A stretch of DNA of 63,219 bases, filler included, from Octopus bimaculoides (lineage: Eukaryota): assembly GCF_001194135.2 (NCBI RefSeq). It is 6 parts of 5 records of this genome, joined end to end, with 100 filler letters (N's around TTAATTAATTAA, not from the genome) between each part and the next. Parts side by side here need not be neighbours in the genome. Positions count along the whole stretch, not along the records: positions 38,863 to 55,118 come from NC_069000.1; 5 more parts are not named here. One strand, given 5' to 3'. A model generated the notes under the pieces. That model ran no database searches. It was not told where the DNA came from and saw only the letters and a program-made list of their open reading frames with translations. Of the stretch, positions 39,795-53,244 are shown in pieces. Both the position numbers and the translations under genes were made by a program. Each line of letters begins with the position of its first letter. The first letter of the stretch is position 1.

Positions 39795-40180
39795 ATAGAA
39801 ACGGCGAGAGATAATTACATACATTGATAGTTACTTGCGTGTATATGTATGTACATGTGTGTCTCTTGGGATGCACAAAAGCTTATTTCATTTTATTTTA
39901 GAAATCATATCTAATTGTTATATATAAGCTATGAGTCAACTGTTTCAAAAATAGCGACTGACATCTCCCAGAGGAGTTCACGAAGATGGAGGAATGCGTG
40001 GAGAAATCCTTTTGTGAGAACTGGTCGTATTCGTATTTTCGTGTTGTAATGCTCACGTATTTATGTATAAGATTTTATATCGATTAAATCTATGTAACAT
40101 TTCCCACAAACACATACTCATGCAAAAAGCCGCGTACCCATACAGTCCTATAAGCATATACTATAGAGAGATGGATATAC

Positions 40181-40292
<112 letters not shown>

Positions 40293-40879
40293 GACAGAGA
40301 GACAGAGAGACAGAGAGAGACAGAGAGAGACAGAGAGAGAGAGAGAGTTTGAGTGAGTGAGTGACTGAGTGATTGAGTGAATGAATGAGAAAGATGGGCA
40401 TACATGGCAGATAAAGAGGCTTCATGTATAATTACATGCCTGTGTTTAGAATTCATTCGTGCTTTTATTCATTTCATGTACTATGTTTGTATTTGGCCAG
40501 TGGCCAATGTGGGGTACCACTTTCAAGTCAATCTAATCGATAATGTATGCCGCTAGTTTGCAGGCTAATGAGGTCGAAGCTTATCCTTGTTTCCGAGCCA
40601 TTGGGTAACCGAAACCGCAAAAGTAAGCCTCTCCTGGCTGGCACCCATTTTTAGTTGATTGAGCATTAAAAGGAATATCTCATCCTAGGACACTGCACTC
40701 CAATCAGGTCCGAGAAACAAGGCTTAAAGGTCGTGAGACTAATATCCTAAGCACGAAAACTCAGGACTGCTTTTCTAAGTGATTTTGACAGAAACTGATA
40801 ATTATGTTATCAATTCCTATTCGTCAGATGTAAAAGGTTAGTAAGCAAACCCATAGCTGGCGACCGTAGTGTGAGGCTA

Positions 40880-41000
40880 TTCTCTCAACTAATACGCTGA
40901 GGTGGATGCCGCTGGATGACAGACTCGGATGATGTTGTTATTCCACGCTTTCCGATCCATGGTGTTGGCCTTAGCATGCTTAAGGTCGAAGGAACATAAA
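40880..41000 (-). mobile_element. Possible degenerate RTE LINE C-terminus
   Basis: Minus strand DLKHAKANTMDRKAWNNNII resembles the RTE 'A.DR..WR' terminal motif. Confidence 0.35.
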
Positions 41001-42194
41001 CATATCACCAATTCTTAAGGCAGTTTTAACGCAAATACACGGATGTACACAAACACACACATGCACACGCATTGACGTACACATTAACACACACATTCAT
41101 ATAAATGTGTGCTTGCGTGTTTTCATATATGACTGTTTCCATCTTTTTCCATAGTTTTGATCTATCATATTACACATAGAGGCACTAATCTGGGCGCAAC
41201 TAGACTACAAGAAATTTTGCCCTAAGGAACTATGGAATAGAAATGAACCCCAAAACACGTAGATGTGACATTCTTAATTATTCTGCAGTTATACCTGTGC
41301 CTATAGACATATTTTCAGCATCATGGAAGGAACTAGTGAAAATATACACGTGACATATTAGACAAAATTATATCGGAAAGTGTAAGGAGGACTGCGACAT
41401 TCCTCTGTATTTCAAAAAAGTTGAGTGCTTTCGGATGCTTTAAAAGAGAATTTGCAAAAGGGTTTACCCATCTGTGGAGGAGTATGTTCTCTATCAATAT
41501 AGTATGTGGAATCATGAGGTTGGTCTGTCAATAAAGAAAAGTCTCCTGCCTTTCCTTCTCTTCCTTTTTCTTCTTCTTCTTCTTCATCTTCCCCCTCTTC
41601 CTCCCCTTCAGCAGAATCATTAGAGCATCAGACGAAATGCTTAACGGTATTTCTTCCGGGTCTTTTTTAGTACAATATGCCGTTCATTCTTTAGATGTCA
41701 ATAAAATAAAGTGCCACTCCAGTAATGGGGTTGAAGTAATTAATTTGCCCCTTCCCCTCAAGATTGCGCCAAAATTTGAAACCATTGTAAATTATCATTA
41801 TGATTATTATTATTATTATTGTTGTTGTTATTGTTAAACGTAGTTATAGTAGTAGAGGTAGCAAACTGCGTTTGATTAGTTAGAAGAACAGAGATTTAAA
41901 AGAAGATAAAAGAAAGCAAATCACTGCTGGGTGTATTAAAGCGCAATTTTAAATTCTTCCATCCGACCCATGCCCCCGCAACACTACCATCTCCACGCAA
42001 ACGACAACCACCAGAACTACAACCAATATCCCCATCCCCAACAACAACAACAACAACAGCCATGCTTTACGGTTGATATCTGAAATATTTATCGCAGCTG
42101 TTGCAATGTTAACAGCTGCAAGTTCTTATTGCATTTTGAGAGAAACATGTGAAAATGCATTTCTATGTCAAGCCATCAATTTATAATCTGTCAG

Positions 42195-42308
42195 GTGTAA
42201 AATCGCGAAAGCGGAGGTGGATATGAGACGGAAGAATACTTCCATTCGTGTTGAGCTCAAATACAACGAAATCGTTCATCGTTTGATCGTATACTTTGAG
42301 CAAAGGTG
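42195..42308 (+). CDS. Candidate internal coding exon (phase 2 to phase 2) of an unidentified gene
   Basis: tctgtcag|...|gtgagt; only one frame open: CKIAKAEVDMRRKNTSIRVELKYNEIVHRLIVYFEQR; CpG-rich; phase matches the next exon. Confidence 0.5.
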
Positions 42309-42653
42309 GTGAGTAGGGGATAAGAGTTTAATTGTCTGCATCTCAGTTTGAACACGAAATATGCATCAACGATCACCAGAGAATGTTAGCTTTAAAATAC
42401 TTTCGTTCTCTCCAGTGAATGATCGCACTCACATTTCATGGAATCGGTTTCTCTCTATCTCATCGTCGCTGTCTTTTTTCTATCTCTCATTCTTATAGCC
42501 ACTGCATTTGTTTAGCGCAAATGTGTATCTGGGGTGATCAGCCCTGATCGATCAATCTAAAGTGACTTGTGGCTTTACAACTCAGCAAGAAAAGGTACCC
42601 CAACGTGGTGCCCGAGCGTGCGTGGCTACGGTCCAATGACTGAAACAAGTAAG

Positions 42654-42705
<52 letters not shown>

Positions 42706-43016
42706 TAACTTGCCTGCAGACACTGTGCACTGGATAGCCGAAACACATTTTGGGAACGGAGAAACTCCAGCATAATATATGAATCTTTACTATAGTATTG
42801 AGAACAAATCCAAACACACATACATATGNNNNNNNNNNNNNNNNNNNNNNNNNNNNNNNNNNNNNNNNNNNNNNNNNNNNNNNNNNNNNNNNNNNNNNNN
42901 NNNNNNNNNNNNNNNNNNNNNNNNNNNNNNNNNNNNNNNNNNNNNNNNNNNNNNNNNNNNNNNNNNNNNNNNNNNNNNNNNNNNNNNNNNNNNNNNNNNN
43001 NNNNNNNNNNNNNNNN

Positions 43017-43057
<41 letters not shown>

Positions 43058-43533
43058 ATGCACACTCTCTTTCTCTCTCTCTCTCTCTCACACACACACA
43101 AATTCACCCTCATGTGTGAGGGTAGTAGCTAGATCTCTTTCTCTCTCTCTCTCTCTCTCTCTCCCTCTCTCACTCTCCCCACCTCTCTCTTTTTCTTTTT
43201 CTTGAGGATTCTTACTCGAATTAAAAATGCAGGGTAAACATTTGAATAGTGAACGGTAATAAAACAATGAATTTGATTGGACATTCTTCAAGAAGTCTAA
43301 ATACACTTCTGGTCAATCACGGAAACAAACGTCTGCGCATCATGATGGAGGAGTTTTATGAAAATTACAGTTCAGAAGTTAATGACGGAGTGAAACTGTT
43401 GACTTTCCAACAAATAAAAATTAATGATGAATCTTTTGCGTTACAATGACCTTACACATGTGAATTTTAAGTGTATTGTTTATGTTGTTATTGTTGTGTC
43501 TCATATTTTATATTATTCTTATTTTCTTTACAG

Positions 43534-43730
43534 CTTACCCGACCAGTCGCCTCATAATGGGTACCTGTCTGATGAGAACAGCCAGGACACCCAGGACAAT
43601 AAATTGCTTCCCCTATGTGGCGGGGATAGCGAAGATGATAGCTTTGACATACTGCCATCACCCCGGGTCTCACCCGACATAACACATATCCCAAATGTTG
43701 TCGTTATATCAGACTCGGAGACCACGCAAG
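43534..43730 (+). CDS. Candidate internal coding exon (phase 2 to phase 1), acidic/Ser-rich disordered segment
   Basis: Strong acceptor tattcttattttctttacag| and donor caag|gtaagt. GC-elevated open frame LPDQSPHNGYLSDENSQDTQDNKLLPLCGGDSEDDSFDILPSPRVSPDITHIPNVVVISDSETTQ. Confidence 0.75.
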
Positions 43731-44007
43731 GTAAGTGTCAGTACCATTATGACTTCTCCGTACTTTTCCAGGTTAATACCAGAGAATTACTATACAACAT
43801 CAGGGAGTAGAATTGCGATTATATGCACATGCACACATAATATGTTTCCGTTCGTATGTGTGTATGTGTGTGTGTGCATGTGTGTGTGAATATGTGTGTG
43901 TGTACTACCGACATATTTATATATATATGGCGCTCCAACATGGCCGCAGTCAAATGATTGAAACAAATAAAGGAATGAAAGAAGAAAAGAATATATANNN
44001 NNNNNNN

Positions 44008-44053
<46 letters not shown>

Positions 44054-44151
44054 GTAATAATAATATATACAATATACGTATAATACGATATAGATATATA
44101 TATATATGTATCATATGTATCGTTATATATACACACACTAACAAAAACGTT

Positions 44152-44212
<61 letters not shown>

Positions 44213-45380
44213 CATGCATGTATATATAATTTCTTAATATCTTCCAGCTGTGGCATGTATTGGCTATATTAAAGCTGCCATTACATCGCATCATTATATG
44301 ATATTGTTAGAGCAGCAAGTTTAGCGCTTCTTTATGTAACTTATATCGTATCAATTTGTTTTTCATTATATGTATACTTCTTATATATTTTATACCCCAT
44401 TAATTTTATCTGATGGTTATAAAGCAATCATTAGTATATATTGTGGTATCGTTGGATCATATGGTGATATCATCTTTTTTGCATCTACCATAAAACATAT
44501 CTAACATTATATCATTGCCAGGTTATCTTGATATAATACTTTTGTACTGTTGTTTCATTATATATATATATACATATATTTATCTGTCTGCCTATCTGTT
44601 TNNNNNNNNNNNNNNNNNNNNNNNNNNNNNNNNNNNNNNNNNNNNNNNNNNNNNNNNNNNNNNNNNNNNNNNNNNNNNNNNNNNNNNNNNNNNNNNNNNN
44701 NNNNNNNNNNNNNNNNNNNNNNNNNNNNNNNNNNNNNNNNNNNNNNNNNNNNNNNNNNNNNNNNNNNNNNNNNNNNNNNNNNNNNNNNNNNNNNNNNNNN
44801 NNNNNNNNNNNNNNNNNNNNNNNNNNNNNNNNNNNNNNNNNNNNNNNNNNNNNNNNNNNNNNNNNNNNNNNNNNNNNNNNNNNNNNNNNNNNNNNNNNNN
44901 NNNNNNNNNNNNNNNNNNNNNNNNNNNNNNNNNNNNNNNNNNNNNNNNNNNNNNNNNNNNNNNNNNNNNNNNNNNNNNNNNNNNNNNNNNNNNNNNNNNN
45001 NNNNNNNNNNNNNNNNNNNNNNNNNNNNNNNNNNNNNNNNNNNNNNNNNNNNNNNNNNNNNNNNNNNNNNNNNNNNNNNNNNNNNNNNNNNNNNNNNNNN
45101 NNNNNNNNNNNNNNNNNNNNNNNNNNNNNNNNNNNNNNNNNNNNNNNNNNNNNNNNNNNNNNNNNNNNNNNNNNNNNNNNNNNNNNNNNNNNNAATATAA
45201 AGGATTAAATATATAAAGGCGAATACGTATTTTCAATACCTTGTGGTATTCATCATGGCCGGTATCTGACAGACTATGCATATACACATACATACATCCA
45301 TATTATATATTATTAAATTACATATGAAGAAAGAAAGGGAGAGAGACAAAAAAGAGAGAGTGAGTGTGAGTAAGAGAGAT

Positions 45381-45431
<51 letters not shown>

Positions 45432-46841
45432 AAGATATATATATATATATATATATAATTATTAGATCGCAATTCACAGTATCTTGAGCCTGGTGTTACT
45501 ACCATTAACATTGTGAGCGAAATTTGGACTTAAGTTTTGTATAAACCTGTCATATTGACTATAACTGTAAATCAAATGATCAGTCTTATTGATACTCCAT
45601 CGTACTATATCATATTGCCTATTACACTAATGTACATCTATCTGTGTGTTATATTCAAGCAATTATACTTCAGTTTAATCAGCTAGCAGTTTTGTGGATT
45701 CACAAACGGGATCAATAATACTTGGAGCCAACTTGACAACATCTCCGTAATATTCATTGTTATATATGCATCTGGTGCCTTGCTTTGCGTTCTTAGTACA
45801 GACGATGTGTCTGTCTTGCGTACTGCTTAAGATGTGATAGACCTGACCCTCTCTGGGTCTAGCCCCAGCAGATTTTTTTTATCAATGAGGAAAAGAAAGG
45901 GCAGCAGATAGAAAGAGTGAGTGGTAGAGACTAAATGAACATCAAAATACGACTGGTAATTTCTTAAGAGGGTTGAAGCATAGTTGAAACTGCCCAGGCA
46001 GATGTTGGATACAGAGAACACAAAATCTGAACGATAAGCGTGAAATAAATCTTTACCAAGTCAGGCAAGACTCGAAACGAAATGATCGAGATTAATAAAT
46101 ATCAATATTTCGCCATTATCGTGGCTCATCGGTACCATGTCGTCGAAACACCTCGAAACGAAACTTTCTCAGGACGCTATCTGCAGGAAATAAGCGAATT
46201 AACGAAACACCTACACTATATATATGTGAACGATAATGTCTACATTGTGAGAGCTGCTTTTAATTGGTAATTTAAACTTCCTGTCCACGAGCTACGCCGC
46301 AGAACAGCAGCAAAAGGAACGTACACAATATATAAACATACACCCCAGACCAGCGAGTTGTCTCGCCTGGTCTGGGACATTCAGGGGTCTTTAACGCTCA
46401 GCGTCGTTTAAGAAGTTTTTCCAGCATGCTAGACGCAGCCAATGAGCGTATACACAAAACACATACAAAATGCATGTGACGGATAATGTGTATGTGTGGG
46501 AGTGTTTGTGCCTGTGCGTGCATGTGTGCGTGTGCTTGTGTGTTTGTGAGAGTGTGCGTGTATGCGTATGTGTGTGTGTTTTAGTGTCTGCGTGACTATG
46601 TGAGCTCATATACAGTAGGAAATATTTTGTATATGGCTGTAATTACGTATCGAGAAAACTACTTGTTTTAAATCTCCGAGCGAGAGAAATAGAGTAACAG
46701 TATCGAATAGTAATATTTATACGCCAACAGAATGTGGCAGTCATATTACAGCTTTTCCTCCTGGCTATTGACACAGAGTTTGTGTCCCTATAGCATTTGC
46801 AAGGGAAGAATCATCACTTCCATCTCTAGCCTTACGTGATG

Positions 46842-46885
46842 CTCACGGACCTAGGTTTCTGAAAGTTATCCGTCCTCAGTGTGAG
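46842..46885 (-). ncRNA. Type I hammerhead ribozyme (weaker copy)
   Basis: Minus strand: ctcaca-CTGAGGA-cggataactttca-GAAA-CCTAGGTC-cgtgag; one mismatch next to the cleavage site, weak helix II. Confidence 0.55.
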
Positions 46886-46908
46886 ACAACCACAAGCTAG
46901 TGATTATT

Positions 46909-46950
46909 TCACACTGAAGACGGATAACATCCAGAAACCTAGGTCTGTGA
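46909..46950 (+). ncRNA. Type I hammerhead ribozyme
   Basis: TCACA-CTGAAGA-c-GGAT-aac-ATCC-a-GAAA-CCTAGGTC-TGTGA: perfect 5-bp helix I, 4-bp helix II, palindromic ACCUAGGU helix III, GUC triplet (C at 46945). Confidence 0.8.
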
Positions 46951-48024
46951 GTGTCACGTAAGGCTAGGGATGCGAGCGATGACCTCTCTTGCAAATGCCA
47001 CACGGATACAAACTCTGTGTCAATAGCCAGCTTGGAAAGACGTTTCCCTGGGACTAAATCAACAATAACATCGTCCTTTATAGGACTTCCACATTCTATT
47101 GGCATAAAAACATTACTGGAATTACGTATGCTTATGTCTATGCTTTTGATGATTTCCATGTAAGAATGTATAAATTCTAATGTATATATGTCGATGTGCA
47201 TATATCTATGTTATGAATTTATTTTTCAAATTCTTCACTAATACGAAATGCCTGTCTCCACCCCAGACACAACTTTCAACATCCCGGTAGTCCTGTATAT
47301 TTTTTTATGTATATATGTATGTTAATGTCTGCACATACAATGTGTGCGACTGTATGTCCATTATTGTGTGTGTGCTTGTCTCTGTGTGTGTCTGTATGTG
47401 TTTGTGTCTCTGTGTGTTTCCAGCAATTCCACTTGCAACACACTAATTATTCTTAAAGGCATTCACTGCAGTTAGAATATTATCTACCAACACATAGGGT
47501 ACATATACACTATAAAGCCTATTGCATAACCACATTAATGTATATTTGTCAGCCAGGATAAATCTTAGTCCACGTCTCTCCCTTCCTTTCTATCCACTCT
47601 CGCCCACTCCCACTCCGTATCTCTCTCTTTACGTATCACACAATATCTGACTATCATCCAGTCTCTCTGTCTGACAATCTCGTTATAGATCATACTGTGC
47701 GTTTGTGTAGTTTTTGTTTAACTCCTTCTCACCATCTTCCTTATCTTCACCTTCTTTCTCATCCTCATCCTCATCTTCCGTCTCTGTTTCCTTTATCATA
47801 AACCATGAACAGACATACAAGCACTCCACAGGCAAATGTAAATATACACAAACAAACACGTATGCATGTGTACGTTACTCTGTTCTCACATACATATACA
47901 GGCAGGGTAAAATATATAATATACTAACATAAATGTATATATACATGTACGGATACAACTATACACGTTCATAAATGGACTGGTATGCATATATATATAT
48001 ATATATATAATTCTTACATATATG

Positions 48025-48065
<41 letters not shown>

Positions 48066-48368
48066 GCGTTAAACATTGCAGCAGCTGCGATACACGTTAG
48101 TGTTGTACGAAGAGTCAATTTGCAAATCAGCAAACTATCGCTGCCATCCGCCATGTTTTATTATTCAACATCCGGTATTGTAAGCTCTGTCAGTTTATTA
48201 ATTGACCCTACCTACTTATCTCCTTATCTAACGTAATCTACCGGATTCCGAGAGGAATATTAAACTTTATCACTATTACATTATAGCAACACACACACAC
48301 ACACGCGCGCGCGCACACACACACACACACAACGCACACAAACACACACACACACACGCACGAACGCA

Positions 48369-48400
<32 letters not shown>

Positions 48401-48665
48401 CACACACACATACACACACACACACACACGCACACACAACTGTTTGAAACGTTCAGGTTAACATACAAGCATATGTACATCCATTCACAGTCATTAACAC
48501 TAATAGTAATAGTAATAAATATTTTAAGAATATGTCTAGAATATTTTTTCCGCACAGTGTTTAGTAAAGGACTCAACAAAATAAAATGATTCAATTTCAA
48601 GTCGATAATATAATAATATATAAAAGAAGTTGAACGAAATTGCAATTAATAAATACTTTTCTCTA

Positions 48666-48830
48666 AGGTGGCGGCCTTGCAGAACCGTTAGCACGCGGAG
48701 CGAAATGCTTAGCAGCATTTCATTTATCTTTACTCTCTGCGTTCAAATACCACCTTTCATCCTCTCGGTATCGATAAAATGAGCACCAGTTATACACTGG
48801 GGTCGATGTAAACGACTAGCGCTCTACCTC
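48666..48830 (+). mobile_element. SINE family B
   Basis: GGTGGCGGCCTTGCAGAACCGTTAG...GCGTTCAAATACC...TTTCATCCTCTCGGTATCGATAAAATGAG; homologous to 33682-33882. Confidence 0.75.
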
Positions 48831-48959
48831 TTAATGTTACTATTATTATAATTCTTTTTTATTATTGTTGTTCGTTGTCAGTGTATTCTTCGTGAGTATA
48901 TAAAGATTCTGCTGATTTCCATTCGAATTATTTTTGGTATTATCCTTACTATGATCCTT

Positions 48960-50045
48960 TTTCGTATAATTTTTATTTATATGTATTTTATAATTATCTC
49001 CATTTATTTCCTTATAGTGTTTATTATTACCTCTGCTATTACTTTTGTATTCGGTTTGAGCGTTAGGATGGTTAATGTACTTAATGTACTTAAGGTTCTC
49101 ATTTAATTTATGGAATGGTTGGGTTTTATTAGTTACTAAGTTTACGTTTGCATCCAGTTAGGGAACAACAGAATACTCTTTCTCTATAAATGTATCTAAA
49201 CCATTATTCTTAAAGAATTTTTATAGTTTTTTCTTCATATTTTTTAATGATTTATTAGTGTAGCTTTTAGTTATAAGGAGTAGGTCGTCCCTATAAGACC
49301 TCTTTCTATATTCACATGTTTTAACCCAAGTTCAGACAATAGGTATATTCCCACTGAATATGTTATTTGTACAGAATCTGGGGCACCCATGGGTATATCA
49401 AAACAATCCCTTGTGTCCTTCCTAGCGCATAGTTTATTTTTATATCTAATTAGGGATTTTCTCGCCGTTAGTATTACTTTAACTTCATCATATGTCATCT
49501 TGACCTTTCTCATAGCATATATAAGGGCCTTATTAAGAATTATCTTGTTAATAGAAGAATAGTAATTTTCTATGTCTATTTGGATGAACTTGCACCTTTT
49601 TTTATCTTTAATATTTTTGAACCAATTTAAAGTATCTCGGGTACAACTTCAGAGATTAAGGTTTGTCTATATATTTATCTAATTAAGTTTATATATTTAT
49701 CTAATATAAGTTTACTGAGTCTTCCTATATTGGATTTACATGGCGATATCAGTCTTCCTTGAGGGTCAGAATAGAAATTTTTATAGTCCTTAATTGGTAT
49801 TTTGGGGTGTATAGGGACATATGTATGGTTCAGTTCTATTTTCCAAATCATATTTCGTCACAGACTACTAACAGGTAAGCTATATAGATCTTTTCAAATA
49901 ATTTTATTGTATTTTATAGTAGGTCATTTAAATGCTTATATTATTTTATTGTATATAACTTTATATGTGTACTCCATGCAATAAGGTTCTCCTGAAATAG
50001 GAGTTGCGGTTCTATTAGTAAAATCCCAAATTCGCAGTAATACTA
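48960..50045 (-). mobile_element. Degenerate Penelope-like RT of a second group (not Neptune-type)
   Basis: TIKDHK..PRLISPCKSNIG...WFKNIKDKKRCKFIQIDIENYYSSI...FDIPMGAPDSVQITYSVGIYLLSEL...GL/YRDDLL (YRDD at 49284-49295 after a 1-nt frameshift)...YINHP. Confidence 0.8.
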
Positions 50046-53043
50046 TANNNNNNNNNNNNNNNNNNNNNNNNNNNNNNNNNNNNNNNNNNNNNNNNNNNNN
50101 NNNNNNNNNNNNNNNNNNNNNNNNNNNNNNNNNNNNNNNNNNNNNNNNNNNNNNNNNNNNNNNNNNNNNNNNNNNNNNNNNNNNNNNNNNNNNNNNNNNN
50201 NNNNNNNNNNNNNNNNNNNNNNNNNNNNNNNNNNNNNNNNNNNNNNNNNNNNNNNNNNNNNNNNNNNNNNNNNNNNNNNNNNNNNNNNNNNNNNNNNNNN
50301 NNNNNNNNNNNNNNNNNNNNNNNNNNNNNNNNNNNNNNNNNNNNNNNNNNNNNNNNNNNNNNNNNNNNNNNNNNNNNNNNNNNNNNNNNNNNNNNNNNNN
50401 NNNNNNNNNNNNNNNNNNNNNNNNNNNNNNNNNNNNNNNNNNNNNNNNNNNNNNNNNNNNNNNNNNNNNNNNNNNNNNNNNNNNNNNNNNNNNNNNNNNN
50501 NNNNNNNNNNNNNNNNNNNNNNNNNNNNNNNNNNNNNNNNNNNNNNNNNNNNNNNNNNNNNNNNNNNNNNNNNNNNNNNNNNNNNNNNNNNNNNNNNNNN
50601 NNNNNNNNNNNNNNNNNNNNNNNNNNNNNNNNNNNNNNNNNNNNNNNNNNNNNNNNNNNNNNNNNNNNNNNNNNNNNNNNNNNNNNNNNNNNNNNNNNNN
50701 NNNNNNNNNNNNNNNNNNNNNNNNNNNNNNNNNNNNNNNNNNNNNNNNNNNNNNNNNNNNNNNNNNNNNNNNNNNNNNNNNNNNNNNNNNNNNNNNNNNN
50801 NNNNNNNNNNNNNNNNNNNNNNNNNNNNNNNNNNNNNNNNNNNNNNNNNNNNNNNNNNNNNNNNNNNNNNNNNNNNNNNNNNNNNNNNNNNNNNNNNNNN
50901 NNNNNNNNNNNNNNNNNNNNNNNNNNNNNNNNNNNNNNNNNNNNNNNNNNNNNNNNNNNNNNNNNNNNNNNNNNNNNNNNNNNNNNNNNNNNNNNNNNNN
51001 NNNNNNNNNNNNNNNNNNNNNNNNNNNNNNNNNNNNTTCCGATCTTATACATAAATACACATGGGAGGGAAATGTAGAATAATAAGAGAACTCGATGAAG
51101 CCAAGGGGATAATATAAAGACAATGTATATTATTGTAAATTAAATGTGAGTTATGCTGACGAAGCATCAAGTAATGTGCAAAGTAAAAAGTAGAATGAAT
51201 ACGAATAAAAATAAAAATAAAAGCTCGTGATGATAGCAGAGTCTTTGTCACTACAACAGGCAATCGTTCTATATATTGCAAGTAAATATTATACAGAAAA
51301 ACTTACATTGAAATATTGCTCACCATATTCATAATTATGGTCAGGATGTGGGGTAAACGAAAAAGACTAGAATTAAGCTTTGAACAGAGAGAAACAAAAC
51401 AAAATGATCACAGGAACTACGACGAATGTGTTTTATCTTTTACGGTTTACATATTGTATTATACGTATGACTGCAACACGCAAGATATAAATATGGAAAT
51501 AAGGAATAAATAAACACTGGAGGTGAATAAAATGAATATGAAAGAAATATACTATACGAACAATATAGAACGAAACAAACGGAAAATAAAGTCTTCGCTT
51601 TTAAAATATCAGTCTATTATACCAATCGTTAAGCCAAACGCAAACAACTCAAGTTGTATAACATCATCTATGGTAATTAGTTTTTGTGTTTATCATTAAT
51701 TGTTGTACATGCGCAAATATGTTCGCAGTGATATTTTGCTCACTTTTTTGTAAATAGCTCATGCGCTTGCATAATAGTTATAGGAATGAAAAATATCTAT
51801 GTAATGTGCAAGCAATAAAAAACTTACCAAACCATATCCATCCATCCATCCATCCATCCATCCATCCATCCATCCATCCATCCATCCGTACGTACATACA
51901 TACATACATCCATGCATACATACATACATATACATACATACATACATATATTCATAGTTATTAACTACAACTGTCTAACTTTGAATTCACGAATTATATT
52001 TCAATGAAGCACAAAAAAAATATGTTGATACAAAAGTGAATTTGAAAACTAAGTTATACACCTAATGAATCGAAGAAAGGAAAAGTATTGATATTCATGA
52101 GCAAGCTTTTAAAAGCAAAGACAATGAAATTATAAACAAACTTATATAAGAATATAAGCAACCAATACAATGACTAAAGCCTCCAAAGCACCCCTTGATA
52201 TATTAAATCAGAGCATCATTAAAAATCAACCAATGAACGACATAGCTTCGGATTATGATGTTTTAAAAAGCCACATAACAGAAAGCCTACCAGAGACCAA
52301 ACAATCGAGACAAGCAGAAAACATAGCGAATCACGCCTACAGATATGCAAATTATATAAGAAATGTATTGAGTAATATCGGTTCTTACCAGATATTTTGT
52401 GCAGAGAAATTCAATTCACTTGAAAAGAACTCAGCCTAGAAATACCTTCAACATTCATACGCATCAATACATTCACACTCACATACGAACACACACATAT
52501 GCACACACACAAGGTCGCACGCACACATATACATATACACACAGAGACACGCAAGGATATATATGGATGTATATTTTTCGTGAGGATAATCTTGTCTGAC
52601 AGATGTATAGCTCTTTCTTCCATTTCCTACGTTAATATTTTAGAGCGGTAGCTGGCATAAAGATAATTTGAGATATGAGTTACATAGTATGCTGCGGTAG
52701 ATGGAAAGCGGGAAGACTGACACTTTCGGTTACTTACGCATATATATTTACACAAGTTCCATCATATAAGGATTCGTATATAAGTTATTTCGTACAGTAA
52801 TAATATATGTATATGTTCATGGCACTTTTCATACGTACCACTGAAAGAAAAATATACAAAATAAAAATGAAAAAAAGAAAAGAATTCTTACTCAAAATGA
52901 TTAAATGCATGCTATATCCTGATAACGCCTACAGAGATGCGCACGCATTCTGATATATATACATACATATATATATTTATGTATATGTATATGTATACAT
53001 GAGTTTATATATGTACGTATATATATACTTGTATATATATGCG

Positions 53044-53148
<105 letters not shown>

Positions 53149-53153
53149 ATGTA

Positions 53154-53244
<91 letters not shown>

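Larger units (their letters stand above)
46761..47030. mobile_element. Inverted duplication (~125-bp arms) of an HHR-bearing pLTR-like sequence
   Basis: 46761-46885 is a diverged reverse complement of 46908-47030; spacer ~22 nt. Confidence 0.85.

Noticed and set aside
41345-41520. Open + frame ending in phase 2 (…INIVCGIMR)
   Set aside because: No good in-frame acceptor and a weak donor.
44260-46420. Several possible phase-1 terminal exons after 43730 (~44268, ~45800, ~46295)
   Set aside because: Short frames with no homology cue; cannot choose among them without transcript data.
52170-52439. 89-aa ORF MTKASKAPLD...
   Set aside because: No motif recognised, A-rich context, no splice signals. 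Possibly an old TE.
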